From a virus: a stretch of 64,000 nucleotides of DNA. Position 1 is the stretch's first letter. The number at the start of each line of letters is the position of its first letter. Under the pieces are notes generated by a model. That model saw only the letters and a program-made list of their open reading frames with translations, did not search any database and was not told the origin of the DNA. Below are positions 20,667-29,671 of this stretch, piece after piece. The stretch covers positions 61,781-125,780 of IMG/VR virus record IMGVR_UViG_3300047470_000395, one strand, 5' to 3'. Both the position numbers and the translations under genes were made by a program.

Positions 20667-21584
20667 GTGACCACCGCGTATTACCCGGGAGCCGATCTCT
20701 CGCTCGACTTCACGAAGTCGTACAAGGGCGACCTGATGGACCCCGACAAGGTCCTCCTGCACACCACCGAGGGGACCACCCTCGTCGACTACTCCAAGGG
20801 CGCCGAGGCCCCGAACATCACGGCGCGGCCGAACTTCGCCAAGAAGCGGCTGGACTGGTTCCAGCACTACGCGTTCGACCGTTCAGCGCGCGCCCTGGTC
20901 AACAAGGCCGGCGGCGTGGAGACCAACACCGAGGACGTGGTCCAGGTCGAGCTCATCGGCACCTGCGACCCCGCGCACCGCAAGACCTGGGGCAAGCTGC
21001 AGGCGGGCGTGCATTACATCTTCTGGCCGGAGGCCCCGGACTGGGCGCTCGACGACCTGGCCGACTTCCTGGCGTGGCAGAACGTCAAGAACGGCGTCCC
21101 GCTGACCACGCCGAAGGACTGGCTCCCGTACCCGTCCTCGTACGGCAACAGCCGTGTGCGGATGACGTTCGCGGAGTGGCGCGCCGCGAAGGGCGTGCTC
21201 GGGCACATGCACCCCCCGGAGAACGTGCACGGCGACCCCGGGAACATCGCGATCGCCGCGCTCCTCTCCTCGGCGAAGATCAAGGCCGCGGCCCTCAAGG
21301 GCGGTTCTACCGGCGGCGGCACGTCCACCCCGGCGCCGAAGCCGTCGCCGCCGTTCCCGGGCGCCCAGTACTTCGGGCCGGGCAAGAGCAACGCCCACAT
21401 CACGGCCCTGGGCAAGCAGCTCGTGAAGAAGGGATACGGCAAGTTCTACACCTCCGGCCCCGGCCCGAAGTGGAGCGACGCGGACCGTAAGAATGTGCGT
21501 GCCTTCCAGCTCGCGCACGCCTCACTCGCGGGTGACGCCGACGGCATCCCCGGCCCGAAGACGTGGAAGCTGCTGTTCTCCTGA
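20667..21584 (+). CDS. Endolysin: amidase plus peptidoglycan-binding domain
   Basis: LLHTTEG, VQVELIG, LGHMHPPENVHGDPG; C-terminal PFPG…FGPG…ADGIPGPKTW. Confidence 0.85.
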   Translation: MTTAYYPGADLSLDFTKSYKGDLMDPDKVLLHTTEGTTLVDYSKGAEAPNITARPNFAKKRLDWFQHYAFDRSARALVNKAGGVETNTEDVVQVELIGTCDPAHRKTWGKLQAGVHYIFWPEAPDWALDDLADFLAWQNVKNGVPLTTPKDWLPYPSSYGNSRVRMTFAEWRAAKGVLGHMHPPENVHGDPGNIAIAALLSSAKIKAAALKGGSTGGGTSTPAPKPSPPFPGAQYFGPGKSNAHITALGKQLVKKGYGKFYTSGPGPKWSDADRKNVRAFQLAHASLAGDADGIPGPKTWKLLFS

Positions 21585-21641
21585 CTTCCCCTCGGCCGGC
21601 CCGCACCCGCGGGCCGGTCCCCGACTCCTGAAAGGCCGGCT

Positions 21642-22109
21642 GTGGCAGGCGAGACCGTCATCACCGTCATCGGAAACCTGGTCGACGACCCCGAACTCCG
21701 CTTCACTCCCTCTGGCGCCGCGGTGGCCAAGTTCCGCATCGCCTCGACTCCCCGCACCTTCGACCGGCAGACCAATGAGTGGAAGGACGGCGAGAGCCTG
21801 TTCCTGACCTGCGCCGTGTGGCGGCAGGCGGCCGAGAACGTCGCCGAGTCCCTGCAGCGCGGGATGCGCGTCATCGTCCAGGGCCGTCTCAAGCAGCGGT
21901 CCTACGAGGACCGTGAGGGCGTCAAGCGCACCGTCTACGAGCTGGATGTCGAGGAGGTCGGCGCGAGCCTGCGCAACGCCACCGCGAAGGTCACCAAGAC
22001 CAGCGGGGGCGGCGGGGGCAACGGGGTACAGCGGTCGACACCGGCCGCGGGCCGCCCGGCCGCTGACGACGCGTGGGCGGTCCCGGGCGGGGACGAGCCG
22101 CCGTTCTAG
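21642..22109 (+). CDS. ssb: Single-stranded DNA-binding protein
   Basis: [25 protein letters not shown]… with DEPPF tail. Confidence 0.97.
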   Translation: MAGETVITVIGNLVDDPELRFTPSGAAVAKFRIASTPRTFDRQTNEWKDGESLFLTCAVWRQAAENVAESLQRGMRVIVQGRLKQRSYEDREGVKRTVYELDVEEVGASLRNATAKVTKTSGGGGGNGVQRSTPAAGRPAADDAWAVPGGDEPPF

Positions 22110-22120
22110 CCGTGCGCACA

Positions 22121-22158
22121 CGAGAGGGGCCCCGGACCGTCGTCCAGGGCCCCTCTCG
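22121..22158. terminator. Bidirectional terminator-like hairpin
   Basis: CGAGAGGGGCCC…GGGCCCCTCTCG between convergent genes. Confidence 0.7.
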
Positions 22159-22163
22159 GCTGT

Positions 22164-23786
22164 TCAGGCGGCTGCAGGCACGGTCCAGGCAGACGCCAGG
22201 ATGAGCAAGTCGTCGCCTTGGTCCTCGTCGGCCGTCGTCTGGTCCTGGCCCGTAGGGGTGGCGGACTCCGAGTTGGTGTCCTGCCCTGGGGGCGTGGCCC
22301 CCTCTGCGGGCGTTTCCACTGGGGCCGGGGTCTCCTCGACCGGCGGGGCTGGCGTCTCCTCCACCGGGGCCGGGGTTTCCACGGGTGTCTCGGTGGCGGG
22401 CGGCGTCTCCTCGACCGGCGGCGTGGCCGTCCCGTCCGGCTGGCTCGGCGTGGGGTCCGAGGCCGGAGGCTGCGTCGGCTCGGCCGGAGGCGGGGTCGTC
22501 TCCACGGGCGGGGGCGGAGTCGCCTGCGCGGGTGGGGTGGTGGGCGTCTCCGCCGGCGGCGTCGTCGGGGTGCTCGGCGTGGACGGAGCCGTCGGCGGGG
22601 TGGTGGGCGTGCTCGGCGTCGACGGGGTGGACGGCGTGGTCGTCTGCACGGGCGGCGTCGTGGTTGTCTGCGCGGGCGGCTGGGGCGTCGTCACCAGCAC
22701 CACACCGCCACCGGTGGCCGGGGGCCGCTCAATGCCGATGGCGAGCGCCACGATGTCGTCACCGCCGGGGCCGCCGTACACGGGCGTCATGTCCAGGCCC
22801 AGCACCAGGCGCGCCGCGACCATCGACGGGGCGTCCGTCGTCGCCACTGCGGGCCGGGCGATGAGCTGGTGCACCTCCTGGCTGTCCAGGCCGAGGGTGC
22901 CCAGAGTGAGGGCGGCGAGCCGCGGCGGGAGCGGGACGGACCCGCCCATCGCGCTCGGGCCCGCGTCCCTGTCCGCCTGCTGCAGCAGCTTCATGTACTC
23001 GGCGATGCGCGCCTGGTCGGTGCCCCACAGCACGTACCGGCCGTGCACCTTCATGTCTTGGTACAGCTCCTGCGACCCGTCCTGACGTGCCCAGGTCTGG
23101 GCATAGTCGGCGTCGTAGAAGATGCGCAGGCCGATCTGCTCGGAGCCGTACGAGAACGTGAAGATCGTCGAATCCGGGCCGGTGGCGGCCTTGGTCGACA
23201 TGACCATGCCGTCGTCGTCGGTGCACTCGGCCTGGAGGGCGCTCACCGGGTTGCATTCGATCTTGCTCGCGCCGGAGAAATAGTCGAACTTGTCGTCGGT
23301 GAACGGGGCGTTCTCGACCGTGTTCCCGGCCGCCTCCGGTGTGACGTCCGGCGCACTGGCCTTCGTGTGGGCGGGCTCGTCGTTGACGATGTTCGTGTAC
23401 CGGCCCAGGGCCCAGCTCGCCGCCAGCGCGGGGAGCAGCGCGGCGACGACGTACGCCTTGCGCCGCCGCTTGCCCGCGGCGGGGAGCTGCTCCGTGGTGG
23501 CGTCGTCCTTGAGGTCGACCGGCGGCCGCTCGACGCGCGGCGGGGTCGGGGCGTTCAGCCCGAGCATGTCGTCGAGGTCGGGAAACTCCGGGCACTGCTC
23601 CCGGATCATCCGCTCGGCGGCCTCCCGGGTGATTCCGGGCAGCACGTTCAGCACGTTGTCCACGGCCCGGGTGTAGGTCTGCCCCTGGCCCATGAACAGC
23701 GTGCGGATGCCGTTCATCCTGAACAGTGCCGCGTCGGCCGGAAAGTCACCGACGACGATGTCGATCTTCTCTGCCGGGCTGCTCAC
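22164..23786 (-). CDS. Single-pass membrane protein with Pro/Thr/Glu-rich tail
   Basis: KRRRK plus TM helix; long PVEETPA/TPSTP repeats. Confidence 0.75.
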   Translation of the reverse strand: MSSPAEKIDIVVGDFPADAALFRMNGIRTLFMGQGQTYTRAVDNVLNVLPGITREAAERMIREQCPEFPDLDDMLGLNAPTPPRVERPPVDLKDDATTEQLPAAGKRRRKAYVVAALLPALAASWALGRYTNIVNDEPAHTKASAPDVTPEAAGNTVENAPFTDDKFDYFSGASKIECNPVSALQAECTDDDGMVMSTKAATGPDSTIFTFSYGSEQIGLRIFYDADYAQTWARQDGSQELYQDMKVHGRYVLWGTDQARIAEYMKLLQQADRDAGPSAMGGSVPLPPRLAALTLGTLGLDSQEVHQLIARPAVATTDAPSMVAARLVLGLDMTPVYGGPGGDDIVALAIGIERPPATGGGVVLVTTPQPPAQTTTTPPVQTTTPSTPSTPSTPTTPPTAPSTPSTPTTPPAETPTTPPAQATPPPPVETTPPPAEPTQPPASDPTPSQPDGTATPPVEETPPATETPVETPAPVEETPAPPVEETPAPVETPAEGATPPGQDTNSESATPTGQDQTTADEDQGDDLLILASAWTVPAAA

Positions 23787-24172
23787 GGTTGGGGATCCTT
23801 CGCTCTGCGCTCTATCACCTCGGCCATGGCCGCGGCGAGGTTCTGCAGGCGGTCGGGGGTGATCTCCTCGATGTCGGACACCACGAGCTCGCCTCCGCCG
23901 GGCAGGGCGATCTCCTCGCGGTGGAGGCTCACGTCCTCCAGGCCGTCGTCGGTGCCGGCGTCGTCGCGGGTCTCAAGCGGGTTCAAGGTCCGCATGAAGG
24001 CCGCCATCATCGCGTCGTGCGTCTGCTGGATCCGCTCGGGGCTGCGTGTGTGGCCCGGGGCAAGGGCTCCCGCGGCCGCCATGGCGCGGCGCGTCTCGAG
24101 GTCGTGAGGAATCGGGCCGCCCTCGAGCGCACGCTCCAGGCGCTCGGCTTCCCTGTCAGCGCGTCCGAACAT
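23783..24172 (-). CDS. Putative anti-sigma (RsbN N-terminus-like)
   Basis: Overlaps the end of the sigma gene; helical pattern recalls the RsbN N-domain (from memory). Confidence 0.45.
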   Translation of the reverse strand: MFGRADREAERLERALEGGPIPHDLETRRAMAAAGALAPGHTRSPERIQQTHDAMMAAFMRTLNPLETRDDAGTDDGLEDVSLHREEIALPGGGELVVSDIEEITPDRLQNLAAAMAEVIERRAKDPQP

Positions 24173-24860
24173 GATGCGCCCTCTCCCTCTCCTGCACGGT
24201 CTCGACCCGAACACCAACAACTCTTCCTCTGTTTGCTGCGATGGTCAGCAGCATCTCCACCAGGTCGGCGGAGGACTCTCCCTCGGGCAAGACCTTCGCC
24301 AGCCGCTTCAAGGAACGGTGTTGAAGAGTACGCACTGCACTCTCGGTCTTTCCCATGATCTGCGCAGTATGCGCAGGAGTGCACCCATCAAAAAATCGGA
24401 GCTGCAGGCATTTACGTTGGTCGGGCTTCAATTCGTTCATGCCCTGGGCGATGGCCTCGGCGACCTGCTTCTGCTCCACCTGCTGCGCTACGGATGCTCC
24501 CGGCCGCGGCCGGTCCAGCATCAGGTCGTCGGCCTGCAGAACCTCGGTGGGCCGGCGCTGCTCCTTGCGCAGGTAGTCGACGGCGGTGTTGCGCGTGATG
24601 GTCGCGAGCCACGCCATGGGCTTCGTGCCCGGCTGGTATCGCGCCACGTTTTGCGCGACCTTGATCCAGACCTCTTGCGCGAGGTCCTCGGAGATGTGCG
24701 GGTCGCGGACGTACTGGCGGACCCAGTTGTGGACCACGGAGTGCAGTCGCATGTAGAGCTCGCTGATGGCCTCGGGCGCCTTGGCGCCGCCTGTGGCTGC
24801 ACGTGCCATGAGCTGGTCAACGGTTACGGATCTGTCAGTCACGGCGTGATGTCCCCCCAT
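24156..24860 (-). CDS. ECF sigma-70 factor, BldN-like
   Basis: SEDLAQEVWIK, AWLATITRNTAVD, LKPDQRKCLQLRFF…IMGKTESAVRTLQHRSLKRLA; the start may be GTG 24842. Confidence 0.85.
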   Translation of the reverse strand: MGGHHAVTDRSVTVDQLMARAATGGAKAPEAISELYMRLHSVVHNWVRQYVRDPHISEDLAQEVWIKVAQNVARYQPGTKPMAWLATITRNTAVDYLRKEQRRPTEVLQADDLMLDRPRPGASVAQQVEQKQVAEAIAQGMNELKPDQRKCLQLRFFDGCTPAHTAQIMGKTESAVRTLQHRSLKRLAKVLPEGESSADLVEMLLTIAANRGRVVGVRVETVQERERAHHVRTR

Positions 24861-25000
24861 GTGCCGGCTGGGCGCCCGATGTGCGGGTCCGAGGACTCAG
24901 AACACCCAACCCGGTACAGGAGGATCATCTTCCGCTGTGGCGCTCAGGAAGCATAACCGGCCATTCTCCGGGCGTCACCGTACGACTGTGCGATGTTCGA

Positions 25001-25085
25001 TTGCCCTGGGCTTACTGTAATCTCGCCGTTGCAGGCGAGCGTCGCGGAGAGCACCGCGGCGAGCGCCAGACCTGAAGAGAAGGAG
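25001..25085 (+). promoter_or_regulatory. Promoter-box variant plus AGAGCA hairpin leader
   Basis: TTGCCCTGGGCTTACTGT, then CGTCGCGG-AGAGCA-CCGCGGCG, then SD AAGGAG. Confidence 0.65.
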
Positions 25086-25092
25086 CACCCCC

Positions 25093-25356
25093 GTGATGAC
25101 GTCGACGCCCGCGGTTGACCAGCCGTCCCACATCGACATGGCCCTGATGCGGTTCCCCCACCAGCAGTGGATCCCGGCGCCGGCCGCGGCCACGCACGTG
25201 GAGAACGTGGGGCTGCCTCGTGAAATCCTGCGGCTGGTGATCCGTACCGGCAAACGCCGTGGTGTCCTACGTATCAAGCGCGTGCCCGACCACGTCGGCT
25301 TCTACGTGATGAGGGTCTCCAAGATGCGCCCCGATGAGGTCACGGCCACGGCCTGA
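25093..25356 (+). CDS. Small basic hypothetical protein
   Basis: SD AAGGAG; preceded by both conserved motifs. Confidence 0.65.
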   Translation: MMTSTPAVDQPSHIDMALMRFPHQQWIPAPAAATHVENVGLPREILRLVIRTGKRRGVLRIKRVPDHVGFYVMRVSKMRPDEVTATA

Positions 25357-25365
25357 CTGATTCTT

Positions 25366-25475
25366 TGGATAACGGGCCTGGGCGCCCCTCCCTCCTTGCC
25401 AGCCGCGCCGTGAGGCGCGTGGGCTGCGCGCGCGAAAAGCACCTAGGAGGAGGGGGCGCCCAGGCCCGTTATCCA
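25366..25475. repeat. Long inverted repeat (31-nt arms) with inner hairpin
   Basis: TGGATAACGGGCCTGGGCGCCCC… / …GGGGCGCCCAGGCCCGTTATCCA. Confidence 0.85.
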
Positions 25476-25536
25476 GGCTCCCCCAGGCGGTAGTAGCTTG
25501 GCACCTCCGACCGACTTCGTGGGTAGGAGCCACACT

Positions 25537-26064
25537 GTGTCTGACCCGTTCGCCGTGCTCGCAGATCCGCTCTTTCAGCAGATCGACCAGGCCCGCGCAG
25601 CAGGTGACGAGTGCGCCGCGGCCGCGGCCCTCGAGGAGCTGCTCGCCCTGTACGTGCGGCTCGGCAGACGCGAGCTGGGCACGGTCGCCGAGCAGAACGA
25701 CTACATCGTCGCCCGGCACCTCGGCTTCGTGCCCGAGGCCCTGCAGCGTCTGGGCGTGACGCCTGCCGATCTCCCGGAGCCTCCCGGCCGCCGGCGTCCC
25801 CCTCCCCCGCCCTCGGCCCCGGCCGTCGTGGAAACGACCGAGATCGCCGAACGCTTCGCCCGCATCGGTGCCGCCGGCGACGGGCCGCCAGAGCGTTTCG
25901 GCGTCGCCTTCCGGCCGCAGGACAACGTCGTGCGGAAGGGGCGCCTGCAGCCCTTCGCCGTGGTCGACACGGACGAGGACGGCCTGCCCGTCGCCTGGTA
26001 CGACACCAGCGAGTGGGCCGAGGTCGTCGCGGACACCGCCAACCGGCTCCGCCTGCCCGACTGA
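25537..26064 (+). CDS. Hypothetical protein
   Basis: SD AGGAG, GTG 25537. Confidence 0.65.
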   Translation: MSDPFAVLADPLFQQIDQARAAGDECAAAAALEELLALYVRLGRRELGTVAEQNDYIVARHLGFVPEALQRLGVTPADLPEPPGRRRPPPPPSAPAVVETTEIAERFARIGAAGDGPPERFGVAFRPQDNVVRKGRLQPFAVVDTDEDGLPVAWYDTSEWAEVVADTANRLRLPD

Positions 26065-26114
26065 CCGCCCGCCCCGGAACTCTCCAGGGCGGGCGACGTC
26101 GTTCACGGGCCGGG

Positions 26115-27245
26115 TCAGCAAGGCTGCGGCACCCGGGCGCACGCCGGGCACAGGTCGCCCTCGGCCTCGACGGGGCGGCCGCACGCCCCCTGCATGCCCT
26201 CGCACTCGTACCGGCGCCGGACCACCGCGTCGCTGCCCGCGGTGTACTGGCGGGGCATCGGGGTCTCGCGGTCCTGGTAGTCGGCGCTGCCGTCGCCCCA
26301 GGTTCGCCGCGGGCCGGGCACGGGCGTGACGAGGAGCTCGCGCAACCGCCCCGCGATCACGGCGCCTACCGTCTTCTGCAGCGGGTCGGGCAGGGGGCGG
26401 GCCAGCCACGGCCACAGCGTCTTGACGTCCCACCCGAGGCGGAACAGCTCGTCGACGACCATGCCCTGATCGGCCAGCACCTTGCCAGCGAGCACCAGCT
26501 CCGGCAGCTCCTGCCCGAGGGCCTGGAGGAACCGCACTCCCTCGGTCAGTTCGATCTCTGCCCGGGGGGACTTCTTGCCGTCCGTCCCTCCCTCCGTTCC
26601 GGGGGCAGCCGTGGAACCTACGGAGGGATGGACGGTTCCCTGATGGTTCTGTGGTGGATCACTGACGGTTAGGGGCTCAACCTGACCCGACCCCGGGCTC
26701 AACTTGGGGGGGAGGTCGGGCTCATCTTGATCCGGGGTCGGGCTCATCTTGAGCTCAGGGTCGGGCTCATCTTGACCCCTCAGCAGGTCAGAGGGGGTGT
26801 CGGGGTTGTCCACAGGGTCGGGCTCATCTTGAGCCATCACCTGGTCAGCGCCCTGTGCGGCGCCCTTCGCCGCCTTCCGCTTCTTCTGCGGCAGGGGGGC
26901 GTCGGCGTCGAAAGTGATCCGCTCGATGACGTTGTCGTCGTAGTCCGTGGGCTTGCGCTTCATCTGGGCCAGGAGCTCGAGGTTCACGCGCGTCAGGTTG
27001 GTGATGGGCTCGCCCGTCTTCGGGTCGAGGCGCCGCTGGGAGGCGATCAGCCTCTTCTCCACCAGCTTCTTCTTCACGCGCTTGACCGTGGCCGGGGACG
27101 TCCCGCAGTCGTCGGCAAGGCGCTGCTGGCCCGGCCAGCAGTACCCGTGATCGTCGGTCCTGTTGCAGTACGCGATCAGGAGCAGCTTCTCGGGTCCGTC
27201 CAGGCCTTCGGCCTCAAGCACCATGGAGATGTGCTTGATGGTCAC
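26115..27245 (-). CDS. HTH replication initiator with internal iterons
   Basis: EKLLLIAYCNRTDDHGYCWPGQQRLADDCGTS; QDEPD repeats encoded by the iterons; C-terminal Cys cluster. Confidence 0.8.
   Translation of the reverse strand: MTIKHISMVLEAEGLDGPEKLLLIAYCNRTDDHGYCWPGQQRLADDCGTSPATVKRVKKKLVEKRLIASQRRLDPKTGEPITNLTRVNLELLAQMKRKPTDYDDNVIERITFDADAPLPQKKRKAAKGAAQGADQVMAQDEPDPVDNPDTPSDLLRGQDEPDPELKMSPTPDQDEPDLPPKLSPGSGQVEPLTVSDPPQNHQGTVHPSVGSTAAPGTEGGTDGKKSPRAEIELTEGVRFLQALGQELPELVLAGKVLADQGMVVDELFRLGWDVKTLWPWLARPLPDPLQKTVGAVIAGRLRELLVTPVPGPRRTWGDGSADYQDRETPMPRQYTAGSDAVVRRRYECEGMQGACGRPVEAEGDLCPACARVPQPC
26670..26832. other. Putative replication origin: iterons plus DnaA box
   Basis: GGTCGGGCTCATCTTGA exact at 26714, 26736, 26759 and 26816, degenerate at ~26670 and 26692; TTGTCCACA at 26806-26814. 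Confidence 0.8.
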
Positions 27246-27535
27246 GCCTGACCCCCCTGGGCGCCGTCGCGGTCGAGGGTCACGCGGTAGGCCGAGCAGA
27301 CGCCGGCGACGTCGCGATGAGCGATCCGCTCGAGGAGGCGCTCCTCGCGGAGCCGTCGGACCACCCGGTTGACGGTGGTCGGGCTCGTGTTGGTGCGCTG
27401 GGCGAGGTTGGCGACGCTCGTGAAGGCCATGCCGTCGGCGTCGGCGAACTGGGCGAGCTGAATCAGCACCAGGCGCTCGACGGGGCGGAGGTCGGCGGGC
27501 GTGTCCAGTGCGAGGCCGACGTGGGTGATGCTCAT
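27242..27535 (-). CDS. Small HTH protein related to the initiator N-domain
   Basis: ERLVLIQLAQFADADGMAFTSVANLAQRT; GTGA overlap with the initiator gene. Confidence 0.75.
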   Translation of the reverse strand: MSITHVGLALDTPADLRPVERLVLIQLAQFADADGMAFTSVANLAQRTNTSPTTVNRVVRRLREERLLERIAHRDVAGVCSAYRVTLDRDGAQGGQA

Positions 27536-27792
27536 GGGATCTCTCTCTATTGGACAGAGAGGGAGGAACTGGGGCACCGCGGGTATCACAGACTGGCGAG
27601 GAACGATGGGGTCCGCGCCGAGCTGCCTGTATGCTCGATGCCAAGCAGTCCCTACCCCCTTTGGCGAGGACCGGGTAGGAAGTTGGGGCGTCAACCGGGC
27701 CAGGTTGATGCCCCTTCTGCGTGTCTGCCGCTACTTTCGGTGTTGGCGATCACACCTTACACCTGCGTCATCCGAACGGTAGGATGGTTGGC

Positions 27793-28023
27793 ATGACGAC
27801 ACCGAAGACGCCGGCCAGGAGCAAGGTCAGCATTACGTTGCCCTATGACCTCGAGCAGCGCGCGAAGGCGGCGGGCGGTAACAACTTCTCCGCCTTTGTG
27901 GAGCAGGCGCTCGAGGAAAAGCTCGTGGCTGACGGCATGTTGGAGTACCAGCGGCTCCGCCACAGCGACCCACTCGACGACGTCTTCGAGGCGCTCGAGG
28001 CCGACCTCGGGGAAGCCGCGTGA
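27793..28023 (+). CDS. Antitoxin (ribbon-helix-helix-like)
   Basis: KVSITLP…NFSAFVEQALEEKL; overlaps the toxin start. Confidence 0.75.
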   Translation: MTTPKTPARSKVSITLPYDLEQRAKAAGGNNFSAFVEQALEEKLVADGMLEYQRLRHSDPLDDVFEALEADLGEAA

Positions 28024-28337
28024 CCGAGATCCAGCGGGGGGCGGTGTGGCGTGTGCCCACCGTGGGCCGGGACCGGACCGTCCTGGTCATCGAGAACAAC
28101 GCCGTGATCCGGCTGCACCCGGGCGGCATCCTGTGCGCCGTCATCCAGGAAGCCGAGGACGCGAGGGACACCCTGGTCACTGTTCCCATCGAGCATCCAG
28201 TGCGCGGCGTCGTCATGGCCCCCGACATCGCCGCCTTCCGGCCTCAACGCTTCGAACAGGGCAAGTTCGAGGGCTACATCTCGGCCGCGGACATGGAGCG
28301 CGTTGAGCGCGCCGTCCGTGCGGTGCTCGACCTGTAG
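28020..28337 (+). CDS. PemK/MazF-family toxin
   Basis: IQRGAVWRV…RTVLVIENN…MERVERAVRAVLDL. Confidence 0.8.
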   Translation: MTEIQRGAVWRVPTVGRDRTVLVIENNAVIRLHPGGILCAVIQEAEDARDTLVTVPIEHPVRGVVMAPDIAAFRPQRFEQGKFEGYISAADMERVERAVRAVLDL

Positions 28338-28384
28338 GCCCGAGCTCTTCGCGCGCCCCCCGCCAACTCCGGCCGGGGGTGTTG

Positions 28385-28834
28385 TCATGCCGGGACCGCG
28401 GCCCAGGTGACCCGGCCGCCGTGGTCGCCCGCGTACTGCCCCACCTCGGACGCGACGCGGCGCACCAGGTACAGGCCCGGCTCCTCCTCCGACGCGGGCA
28501 GGGTGCGGTCCATGTCTCCCACGGACACCGTGACGTGGGCCCCGTCGAACGCGATGGCGCACACCAGGTCGATGCCTGCCCTGTGACGGGCGGTGACGTC
28601 TACCAACTCCGTAAGGACAGCCTGGACGGCTGCACACGTCTCCTCAGCACCGGGCGTCCCGCCCAAGAAGCGAGGCAGCGACATCGCCACCACCGCGCCG
28701 GCCTGCTTCATCGCCTCAACGGGCGTCGCTTCCGGCCCGATGACGAAGTCAACACGGCTTTCCACGGCGCTAGCCCACGGGGCCAACGGGGTCCCGTGTA
28801 CCGGCAGTGCGCGTTCCGGATGCGAAGTCGTCAT
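28385..28834 (-). CDS. Degenerate HATPase_c-like (anti-sigma-type) protein
   Basis: AVLTELV…VTVSVGD…PGLYLVRRVA…GRVTWA. Confidence 0.65.
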   Translation of the reverse strand: MTTSHPERALPVHGTPLAPWASAVESRVDFVIGPEATPVEAMKQAGAVVAMSLPRFLGGTPGAEETCAAVQAVLTELVDVTARHRAGIDLVCAIAFDGAHVTVSVGDMDRTLPASEEEPGLYLVRRVASEVGQYAGDHGGRVTWAAVPA

Positions 28835-28864
28835 TCCTGTCCGTCCCGTTGTGGGCGACCATGT

Positions 28865-28880
28865 TCGAACCTTCGTTCGA
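28865..28880. promoter_or_regulatory. Actinobacterial LexA (SOS) box
   Basis: Perfect TCGAAC-N4-GTTCGA about 30 bp upstream of ATG 28834. Confidence 0.8.
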
Positions 28881-29041
28881 AACCCATCATGCCGGAAGAG
28901 GTGTCGATGCGCTCCTGTGAAAAGGCAGCGTCGGCCCCGCTCGTTCCGGATCCATCTCAGTTGCTACTGTCTGCGTAACCATTACTCAACCCTGTGCCAC
29001 AGTCAACTGATGTTGATGGCAGAAACGAGAGGAACGGCACC

Positions 29042-29671
29042 GTGACCGATGCAGACGCGACACCGACACACCGGGCAGCCGCCGACGCAGGCGCCGCTCT
29101 CGGGGGCTCGTTCGCCGACCGGCTCGACTACCTGTGCAGGAACGACCCGCGAGGGCCGTTCAGCAACGACCAGGTGGCCGCGATGCTGGCGGAAGCGAAC
29201 TTGCCCACGGCTTCCGGGACGTACGTCTGGCAGCTAAGAAGCGGCCGCCGAGATAACCCCACCAAGCACCACATCGAAGGCTTCGCCAGGCTGTTCGGCG
29301 TACCGGTGACGTACTTCTTCGAGGACACCACCGCGCAAGCCGTGAACAAGCTCCTGGCCATGCTCAACGACCTCAAAGCGAAACAGGGAGTCACACCGGA
29401 GCAGCTTCATACCCAACTCGAGTCGCTGAGCCGCCTCCTGGAATCCGGCGTCACCGCGGAGGAGGTCATTACCCAGCTCGAGACCCTGAACCGGCTCAAT
29501 GAGGCGGGCGTCACCCTGGATACCTTGAACCGTTTCGAGGACGCGGGCGTCACAAACATCGCGATGCGCGCCGTCGGCCTCTCCGAACAAGGCCTCATCG
29601 CCGCCGCGGCCATGCTCGACCAGGTCCGTCGTCTCGAAGGACTGCCCGAGTCCAAGCATGATCAGCCCTGA
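29042..29671 (+). CDS. XRE/EspR-like HTH regulator
   Basis: FADRLDYL…YVWQLRSGRRDNPT…LFGVPVTYFF…IAMRAVGLS. Confidence 0.85.
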   Translation: MTDADATPTHRAAADAGAALGGSFADRLDYLCRNDPRGPFSNDQVAAMLAEANLPTASGTYVWQLRSGRRDNPTKHHIEGFARLFGVPVTYFFEDTTAQAVNKLLAMLNDLKAKQGVTPEQLHTQLESLSRLLESGVTAEEVITQLETLNRLNEAGVTLDTLNRFEDAGVTNIAMRAVGLSEQGLIAAAAMLDQVRRLEGLPESKHDQP

